This document shows, one piece after another, positions 7,454 through 16,600 of a stretch of DNA of 30,596 nt (within the stretch, counting starts at the first letter, position 1; each line of letters begins with the position of its first letter). The DNA lies in IMG/VR virus record IMGVR_UViG_3300027659_000139, positions 1 through 30,596 of that record, one strand, 5' to 3'. The position numbers were made by a program, and so were the translations under genes. The notes under the pieces were generated by a model. It saw only the letters and a list, made by a program, of their open reading frames with translations, had not been told where the DNA came from and searched no databases. The stretch comes from a virus (Duplodnaviria > Caudoviricetes).

Positions 7454-9258
7454 AAAAAGATATTTGGATTGCAGCTATTGCTAGAGGACATAACTCCGGA
7501 GTTTGTTTATTAAAAAACGGAGAAATTATTTTTAGCCTTGAAGAAGAGCGATTATCAAGGACCAAATATGACGGCGGACCATATGCTGCTATGATTAAAA
7601 TTTTAGAGTATACAGATAAGCTAGACTACCTAGTTGTTGCGCACACTCAAAGCCTAAAAGAAACAGCAGGTAAAGTAGACTTTAGCGGAGACGACGTTTA
7701 TACAGGCCTAGCAAGAAAGTTAGGATTAATCAGCCGCAAGGGAAATATGATCGAACACGACCAAGTAGTTGACCTTAGTCATTTACATCATAAATTACAT
7801 GCTGCTTGCGCATTTTATCGATCAGGATTTGAGACTGCTACTGCTGTAGTAGTAGATGGGGCAGGTACGTTTTTAACTTTAAACAGCGAACGAGAAAACT
7901 TTACAGCTTGGGAAACTGAGACTACATTTGAGTGTAGTTACCCTGCAAATTTTACTACAAAGTATAAGCATATTGGATGTAGAGGCCCATTTCCAGAAAT
8001 AATAATGGAAAACAGCCCTAGTGGATTCTACGGTGAATTTAATGAAGACGGCTCTGAAAAGACTCACACTGCAGTAATAACAGAAAAAGCAGGAATTACC
8101 AAGGTATACGAAGCAGTTACAGATTATTGTGGATTTAGCAGTATTGAAGCTGGCAAAACTATGGGATTATTTCCTTATGGTAAGGCTAATGATAAATTTC
8201 CTAAACTGTTTACTACAGATACTGCTTTTCCACAGTCAAACAGAAATCTAATTATTCCTACATATCCCAACGGTGCAAAAGTCAATAGCCAAATGTATGA
8301 CGAATTATCAAGTCACGAAAGTTCTGATCTAACTAAGTTACAGAATAGACGCGATCTTGCATATGCTTGTCAAACAGAAACACAAGAGCAAGTATTAAAC
8401 TTTATTTTAAAATCTGTTAAACTTACTGGAAATAAAAACGTAGTACTTAGTGGCGGATACGGTTTAAACTGTGTGGCTAATTACTATTATCTTGAAACTT
8501 TAAATCAGCATGGTATTAAACTGTATGTTGAGCCTATATCTAATGATGCAGGAACAGCTATTGGTGCAGCATTGTTGTTTTACAAAGGACTTAAAGTTGA
8601 CGATGTTAAATTTTCAAGACAAGATTCTTTATATTTAGGACCTAGTTATACATATACTACAGACGAGATTAATAGTCTAGCTATAAAATATAGCGGAGTT
8701 GTTCAACCCGCAACACATGATACTTTAGTTGATTTAATTACAAGTAAAAACATTGTTGCACTATTTCAGGGCCGTAGTGAAAATGGCCCGAGAGCATTAG
8801 GTAACAGAAGTTTAGTATTTGATCCTACGTTTGAAGATGGCAAAGATTTTGTCAATATGATCAAACATCGTGAGTATTTCCGTCCGTTTGCTGGCAGTAT
8901 TCTTGAAGAAGATGTGCATGAATGGTTTGATCTACGAGGCATGGATAGCAGTCCCACTATGATGTATGCTGTACATTGCAAGCCAGGAGTTGAAGCTAAG
9001 ATCCCTAGTATTATTCACGTTGATGGATCTTGCAGAATTCAAACAGTAACTCGTGAGCAAAATCCACACTATTACGATATTATTAAAACATTTAAAGCTC
9101 GTAAAGGTGTTCCTATGGTGTTCAACACCAGCTTTAACTTAGGTGGTGAACCATTAGTTGAAACACTAGAAGATGCGTTATGGACCTTACAGCAGAGTGA
9201 ATTAGAGTATTTGTATTTGCCTGAATATGGTGTTATGATAACCATTAAAAACAAATAA
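7450..9258 (+). CDS. O-carbamoyltransferase, NodU/CmcH/TobZ family
   Basis: EEERLSRTK, HHKLHAACAF, VVDGAG, GKTMGLFPYG, LSGGYGLNCVAN, NDAGTAIGAA, FQGRSENGPRALGNRS, KHREYFRPFA, HVDGSCRIQT, FNTSFNLGGEPLVET; ATGA overlap with upstream gene. Confidence 0.93.
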   Translation: MKKDIWIAAIARGHNSGVCLLKNGEIIFSLEEERLSRTKYDGGPYAAMIKILEYTDKLDYLVVAHTQSLKETAGKVDFSGDDVYTGLARKLGLISRKGNMIEHDQVVDLSHLHHKLHAACAFYRSGFETATAVVVDGAGTFLTLNSERENFTAWETETTFECSYPANFTTKYKHIGCRGPFPEIIMENSPSGFYGEFNEDGSEKTHTAVITEKAGITKVYEAVTDYCGFSSIEAGKTMGLFPYGKANDKFPKLFTTDTAFPQSNRNLIIPTYPNGAKVNSQMYDELSSHESSDLTKLQNRRDLAYACQTETQEQVLNFILKSVKLTGNKNVVLSGGYGLNCVANYYYLETLNQHGIKLYVEPISNDAGTAIGAALLFYKGLKVDDVKFSRQDSLYLGPSYTYTTDEINSLAIKYSGVVQPATHDTLVDLITSKNIVALFQGRSENGPRALGNRSLVFDPTFEDGKDFVNMIKHREYFRPFAGSILEEDVHEWFDLRGMDSSPTMMYAVHCKPGVEAKIPSIIHVDGSCRIQTVTREQNPHYYDIIKTFKARKGVPMVFNTSFNLGGEPLVETLEDALWTLQQSELEYLYLPEYGVMITIKNK

Positions 9259-9261
9259 ATA
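9256..9261 (+). promoter_or_regulatory. putative late promoter (TAAATA), 5 nt before ATG
   Basis: ATAAATA-CTTTA-ATG(9267); no SD. Confidence 0.55.
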
Positions 9262-9266
9262 CTTTA

Positions 9267-9707
9267 ATGTTTAATATAACTAAGTTTTTTAGCGTAGCAG
9301 CCAACGGCGCATTATTATCTAAAAATAATGGGGCCGTTGCTCATAACGGCCCATGGAAACAAGCATATCCTAATACTGTATTAGATAGATGGCATGTGGG
9401 TGATTTTTCAACAGCTGAATACACTATTTCTGTAGACTACAACATGGGTAACAGAGAAATTGTAAAATGTACAATTGTTGCAAATGTACAAACAGCCAGC
9501 GTAGTAATCTACGCTAGAAACAACTTAGGAAACGACTTAATTACTATATCTGCAGACGTTAATAACAGCTATGTTGATATAGTTGTTAATCCTGTACAAG
9601 TTATATCAATTGTAGATGATGAAGAAGTAGTTACCTTTGATAGCGCAGGCGCTAGAGTCATTTACACTGTTCAATATTTCTATAATCAATTGCCCTTGTC
9701 TGTCTAA
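9267..9707 (+). CDS. hypothetical beta-rich virion protein
   Basis: 146 aa; LDRWHVGDFSTAEYTISV...REIVK pattern resembles small fibre-associated domains; structural gene context. Confidence 0.55.
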   Translation: MFNITKFFSVAANGALLSKNNGAVAHNGPWKQAYPNTVLDRWHVGDFSTAEYTISVDYNMGNREIVKCTIVANVQTASVVIYARNNLGNDLITISADVNNSYVDIVVNPVQVISIVDDEEVVTFDSAGARVIYTVQYFYNQLPLSV

Positions 9708-9719
9708 CCTTTTAAAGCA

Positions 9720-9725
9720 TAAATA
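9720..9725 (+). promoter_or_regulatory. putative late promoter (TAAATA)
   Basis: CATAAATA, then SD GGAGG 9734-9738 and ATG 9744. Confidence 0.6.
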
Positions 9726-9743
9726 TGTTAGTTGGAGGGGTAC

Positions 9744-10619
9744 ATGTCTACTATTATAAGTTCGCCGCTTAAATCCACATACGGATTTTTAAGCCCTGGG
9801 TTTTCTGTTGATTCATTAGGCAATGTAATTGCAAGGTCCGTTATTCAAAGTGAAGGCGAAACTAACACTGCTCCGGTAGACTTTGAAGTAACAGATCTAG
9901 GTGCAAATTTTTACATTGCACCGTCTGGCACTATAAACCCACCTATTGAAGTTTTTAGATCTAGTACATACATTTTTAATTTAGCTTTAGATACTCAAGT
10001 TTTTAATATATACTTAGAAAATCAAAGTACTCCATACTACACAGGATTAAAACACGCAGACGGCTCTGTAGGTGTAGATGCATTAGCTAAACAAACTGGC
10101 AAACTTTCGTGGGCAATCCCTATATCTGCACCTGATATACTATATTACGGGAATCAGTCAACTGGTGCGTTTGGACTGATTACTGTAGGAGATGCTCTTG
10201 GACAATTTAGTACAGTAAACATCACCGGAGACATAGATTCTACGTCATCGACTACTGGGGCAATAACAGTATTAGGCGGTGTAGGAATTACTACAAATTT
10301 ATTTGTAGGACAAAAAATAACATCTAATGAATTATCAAGCCCTAAATTAGGCTCGGCATCTACGTTAGAATTGTCAGGTGTCTCTGGACTTACTATAAAA
10401 GTTAATAACATAATAACTGGTACAATTGGCATATTAGGTTCAACTATACCAGTAACTGGTACAACTATTAACAGCACAATCATTGGCAATCTAACACCTA
10501 GCACTGCTACATTTTTATCAGCATCGGTTACAGAATTACCTACAATAAATACAAACATAACAAACAAAGGGTATGTTGACAGCACTGCCACAGCATTGGC
10601 AATAGCATTTGGATTATAA
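9744..10619 (+). CDS. short tail-fibre-like structural protein
   Basis: Start revised to ATG 9744 (GGAGG 5 nt upstream). STSSTTGAITVLGGVGI fibre motif, ITNKGYVD motif and ALAIAFG terminus typical of T4-like fibre proteins. Confidence 0.65.
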   Translation: MSTIISSPLKSTYGFLSPGFSVDSLGNVIARSVIQSEGETNTAPVDFEVTDLGANFYIAPSGTINPPIEVFRSSTYIFNLALDTQVFNIYLENQSTPYYTGLKHADGSVGVDALAKQTGKLSWAIPISAPDILYYGNQSTGAFGLITVGDALGQFSTVNITGDIDSTSSTTGAITVLGGVGITTNLFVGQKITSNELSSPKLGSASTLELSGVSGLTIKVNNIITGTIGILGSTIPVTGTTINSTIIGNLTPSTATFLSASVTELPTINTNITNKGYVDSTATALAIAFGL

Positions 10620-10621
10620 AA

Positions 10622-13600
10622 ATGGCAAAAAGACAGATTAAGAATTACGTGTTTACCCCGGGCATCGGCGCCCTAGATTATGTATACCCAGATGCATATA
10701 ATTTATTACTTGCAAATAGAGATTTTTTACTATCTGAAAGTGTAGCATATATCAATCAAGAAATCATAGATGCTGTTAAGTGCCGTCGAGATGTTGGATA
10801 TTTTATCGACGGCGTTGCATGGGATGTTGCATTAGGCACAAATTACAATGCAATTTTTCTTGGACTCACTGAAGTTAATTCTTTAGATTTATCAAATACT
10901 GTTTATAGAACTATTGCTAGAACAAAGTCTGCAGTAGCAGCAGTAACGCAGGTTTCGATAAATGCCACAGCATTATCTAGATCAAACGCTGCTTTTGATG
11001 AAATAGTAGATATTGCACAGAATGGCCGAGTTGCTGCTGATGCACATACATATACAAATCCTTCAGATGCAACCAATAGCAGAATTGCTGCCAAAGATAA
11101 AATTTTAGCTAATTTAAATTTTCTTGCTGCTGAAGTAAACGCATGGGTAGATGTGACATATCCAGATCATGATCACGACGAAGCTAAGTGTACTCGAGAT
11201 ACAAAATATGCATTGTATGCAGCCGCATATGATATATTATATGGTGGCAATAGTGCAAGTTATGATAGTGCTAAATTTTTCTATTACTTTGCTGAAAGTG
11301 GTCTAAGCGGAATCTCATTAGCGCACAAGGCGCAAACAGTAGCAGCATATAGACACTTACAAAGTATTATATCTAATGTTGTTAGAGGCATTAGCATCGT
11401 AGCTAGTGTTGGCAATGCAGAATTACAAGTTACAACTGGTGTGAATGCTGACCTTAGTGACGGGTCAGCCGTGGCAAATCTTATAGATATTGTAGCAGAT
11501 GTAGTTGAAAGCGGTGCGGGTGCCCTTCCGGGTATTAGAACAGTCCCAACTATTACATGGGCGGCAGCAGGAATTCAATCAGCAAAAAATGCAATCGATG
11601 CAGCTAAACCTGCAATCATAGATGCAGTTACATGGGATCCTACTTATACATATAATCAAAGTAAATGTGAACGAGACTTAGGATATGTCCTTGATGCGTA
11701 TTTGCATGATTTAAGATACGGCGGTAATGCAAAAATAAAAAAAGTTATCAAGTACTATTGGGAAGGCACTACTGCACAAATTGACGGCACACGAATTCCA
11801 GAAATTGACACCCACGCATTTATTGGTGACTTGATTACTGATTATGTTCTTGCAAACGTTGCATATAATACTCAGGGGTTAGAATCTCAAGTAATTGATC
11901 TTACTAAAACTGCTGAAGATTACCAATTTACTCCTACCGCAGCAACCTATATTCCAACTACTGGTTTAATGACCCTAACCATAGGCACACACAATCTTTC
12001 AATTGGTGCTCCTATACGGATTGCTGAAGAAAGTTTAACATTTACCTGTGCATTAGATAATAATGCCACGCTGCATCCATATCCTAGAGCTACTGGCGTA
12101 CCTAATGCATCTGGACAAGATCCGTATTACAACAAACCTGTATATATTACAGCAATTACTAATACTACAATTACAGTAAACATAGGTATTTCATCAGATA
12201 CATCAAAACACACATTTGTAAGTGCTGATACCGATGCTATTACTGCCAGTGCAGCAGCCGCAATTGATGCATTAGTATCAAATGTTGTAGATGTTATTAC
12301 CGGTGGATTAACAGCAATGCCTGCATCAGTTACAGAAGGTGTAGGATCTGTAAAATTTCAAGGAAACTATAGTTCAAACGAATTGTTGTTGATAACAAAC
12401 ACAACTCGTAATGAAATTATCTACAATTTTTCCACAGCAGTAACAGGCGGATATGTTGAAATACAAACTTATGGTGTTGATGATGACTTTGTAAAATATC
12501 TACAAACCACTGATGGTATTACTACTGTAACATTAAATTATAATACTAGTCTTCATGCATCAACTGACGACATACAGATATTTGTAGAAGAAGCTGAAGT
12601 TAGAACTAGACCATACGACTTTGGTACTGATGCTATTGAACGTCATCGCGTGGCAATGCCACAGTCTATGCTAGACGCTGACTTTGAATACGGATTACAG
12701 CCAACTAAATGGAGTGCAATTAGTACACTGCGAGGATATCCGTCAGTATACGAATTACCAGGAACAGATACTGATGTACTATCTGTTGTTACTGATGCCA
12801 GCGCAGGAACAAGCGGAGTTGGTCAATCACAGATAACAGTAACTACAGTTGCACCTCATGGATTTGAGCCAGGCACACCTATTTCTATTAAAGCGTTAAA
12901 AGATTCTATTACCGGAGCAGCTAGAGCTGAAGGCAATTTTGTTATCACTACTGTCCCAACAACAACTACATTTACATTTTTTGCCAAAGCTAAAGTTGGA
13001 ACAATTAACGGGCAAGTTTTATCAACAACTTATACGCAGCTAAGAAAATCTGGATTTTATACTGGTGCAAGCATTGGCCGTCCTACATTCTCTATTTCAA
13101 GCAACGGATCAAGCGGCTCCGTAACTACAGTTTTAGATACACCTGCAGGAAGTGCAATTTTTGCATTTTCAGGATCACCGCCCGAACTTGGTGCTCCATT
13201 AGTTAATGCTAGTATACCATTAGGATCTCAAGTTACTTCAATTAATGGTGCAGGTGGTACAGTTGCAACTAAAACTGTAGCCTTTAATGCCAACCCAGGC
13301 GACTCTAGCATTCAGTTAGATAATGCAGCTGGCATCACTCCTAATTTAGCAGTCAATCGTGGTGACGGCACTGCTATGTTTATTTCCAGTATAGTGGGTA
13401 ATACTTTAAATTTTACTGACGAGTTTACTGCTCCAATTATTGCTAATTCAGCAGACTACACAAGTATTCCAGGAAACAATGAAGCATCTAATGGTGTAGG
13501 AGCTACATTTGATGTAACTGTTGTTCCAGGTGAAGGATTAGCATCAGTGGCTGTTGGTACTCCTGGTAGTGACTATTCACAAGGACTTACTGCTACTGTT

Positions 13601-16600
13601 AGTGCTCCTAACAGCGCCGGCGGCGTCCAAGCAACTGTATCTGTATCAGTATCGCAAGCTGGTGGCACAATTACAGGATACGCAGTTGTAGAGTTTGGCT
13701 CTGGATATACTGCTGCTCCTACAGTGACCTTAGTTAAACCCACAACTGTTACCCGTGCAGGTACAGGTGTTATTTTAGGAACAACAATTACTCTAGCAAG
13801 CACCACTGGAATTTTTGTAGGCATGCAAGTGACTGGTTCTATTGGATTAGGCGCTGGCAATGCTGCTAATTCAGTTATAATACAGCAAATTAACAGCCTT
13901 ACAGAAATAACAGTAGCAACACCACACGATGGGGCAGTATCTGGAACACTAACATTTACAGATATTGGATCAGGTGGCGTTCCAGGAACCCGCTCGTTAA
14001 CTACTACTGGCGGCTCGTATGATATAGTTGTAGCCACAGCAGGAACTGGATTTAGCGTAGGCGATAGAATTTTAATTAATGGTAATACTCTAGGTGGCCG
14101 AACAATTATTAACGATGCGTTAATAGTTATTAGTACAGTTGACGGCTCTGGCGGAATAACAGCACTAACTCAGACGGGAATTCCATACACAGGTATAGCA
14201 ACACTAACAGGTATTACAGGTGTAAATGCAGGAGGCATTGGCACATTGGGAAGTTTTGATGTTGCCTGGGAAGATAATATTTTTACAAATGTTACAGTTA
14301 ACTCAGGTGGCGGTGGATCTGGATACATACCAGGAGATAGAATTAAGATTTTAGGTAGTTTGTTGTATCCAGTTGCCGGCGCTGATGGTACTAACGATTT
14401 ATTCTTAACTGTTGACACTGTAGACGGTTCAGGACAAATTCTAACAGTTACTTGGTTAGGAACTGCGCCTAACGTTATTAAGAATTTTAGTACAGTTGCA
14501 TATACTACTAGTGGTTTAGGAATAGATGCAATTGTAAATGTGAATATTACGGGTTCTTCATACGGAGTTACAATTAGCCCACGTGGTACTGACTTCCAAG
14601 ATGGCGACACAATCACAGTACTAGGTGCAAACGTGGGCGGAGCAACCCCTGCTAATAACCTTGTTATTACTGTAAACGGAGTTGATCCATTAACTGGTGA
14701 AATTTTAAGTTTTGCCTGGGCAGGTACTCCAAAAAATGCAGCAGTTATATTAGCTGCTGCCGGAGACCCGCTATTAGGTAGCGGTGCAGTATTTACTGTG
14801 GGATTAAATGCAGGTACTTACAGTGTAACGGTTACAAGCGGTGGCATAGATTACGCACCTAATCAACAAATTGTTATTTTAGGTACAAGTTTAATTGGAG
14901 CAAGCCCTGCTAACGATCTAACAGTTACTATCACTACAACTGACACATTTAGAACGGGCGTTATTACTGCTGTTACCCGAGTAGGATCTGCCGTTACCGG
15001 CGGTGGTCCGTATTTAGATGCATTTGGCAACAATGAACAAAACACTGGCCTCAATGCAAGATTTAATCTTACTAGATCAAGTAGTACATACTCCGGAATA
15101 CAAATTGCTACAATAGGAACAGGATATAACATTGGAAATAGAATTACAATACCAGGCATATTGCTAGACGGTACTAGTCCTACTAATGATGTATTAATAA
15201 CCGTATCAAATGTCAACGGTGCAGGTGGAATTACTGCTATAAGCGTTAGTCCAAGTCCGGCATCTGCTGGAACTACGTTTTCTATTATTTCTACAATTAA
15301 TATGACTGAGGCAACATCTGCGCTAATGTTGAATGGGGCCTCAGTAACATTTAGCGCACTTGCAACAATAGAAATCAATTTTGCAAATCCACATGGCCTT
15401 GTACCAGGTGACACGTTTATTGTTACTGTAACTAGTAACAGTGGATCAAACAATCATTTACTAGCATCTGGTTCATATTTTGCTACTATTATACCTAGTA
15501 TTACTAGTTTAAGATATCAAGCTAGAGCACCTGGTGCGATCGATGCATCAACAAATCTTATTTTAGGAACAGTTTACCCAAGACCTGATAGCTTCTTTAC
15601 TCATAGACCGTTTGACGGTGGTGTACAATTAGGTACAGGTGGCCCACAGCATGGTGCGCAGGCAATTCGTCAAAGTAAAAAATATATTCGTTATCAATCT
15701 GGTAAAGGTATTATGTATACTACTGGTGCACTATTTGCACCAAGTTATGATTTAAGATCAGTAACTGCAGATGGAATTGAAGTTAATGCACTAATTACAG
15801 TAATAACAGATGACAACGATCACGGTCTTCAAGTTGGCGGTGTTATTCGATTGTTAGGCATTGAAACGGCTGGATATAACAGTGGTAACGAAACGGCAAG
15901 CCCCCCTATATTTGACTACACAGTAGTTGACGTTGTAGATGAAAGAACATTTAAAGTTAGAGCACAACGTAGATTAGGATCTACTACTGCTGATTTAGGC
16001 TTTGGCGCACAGATGAGTGTAGTAAGTTGGCACGGTGCAACAGTACGTTCAGGAATTTTTGACGACCAAAACGGAATTTATTGGGAATATGATGGCACCA
16101 ATATCAGTGTCAACCAACGTACTGGTACTAGACAGCTTGCAGGTACTGGTGCAATAAATGTAGATGAAAATATAATTACAGGAACTAATAGCAAATACCG
16201 TGACCAAGTTAAAGCAGGTGATCGTATTATTATTAAAGGTATGACCCACGTGGTTAGTCACGTAATAAGTCAAACCAGCATGTCTGTTGCACCAGATTTT
16301 CGAGGAGTAGTAAACATATCTGGTGCTAAACTAATGTTAGTAGTAGATAAGAAAGTTAAACAAGAAGACTTTAATCTAGATAGATTAGATGGAACTGGTC
16401 CAAGCGGATACAATATTGACATTGCTAAAATGCAGATGATTGGAATTCAATACAGTTGGTATGGTGCTGGCTTTATTGACTTTATGTTGCGTGGATCAAA
16501 CGGCAATTTTGTATTTGCTCACAGAATGCGTAACAGTAACGTAAACACAGAAGCGTTTATGCGTTCAGGAAACTTGCCAGTTCGTTATGAAGTTACTAAC

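Noticed and set aside
1859-9258. RiPP/bacteriocin cluster (Cys-rich precursors plus tailoring enzymes)
   Set aside because: The Cys-rich proteins are ~250 aa with a phage glycine-rich domain scaffold and chaperone partners; no peptidase, transporter, radical SAM or YcaO gene is present
10778-11728. Assigning a cyanobacterial host from the phycocyanin-like motif
   Set aside because: A short motif in a structural protein is insufficient; no photosynthesis or bilin synthesis genes are in the window
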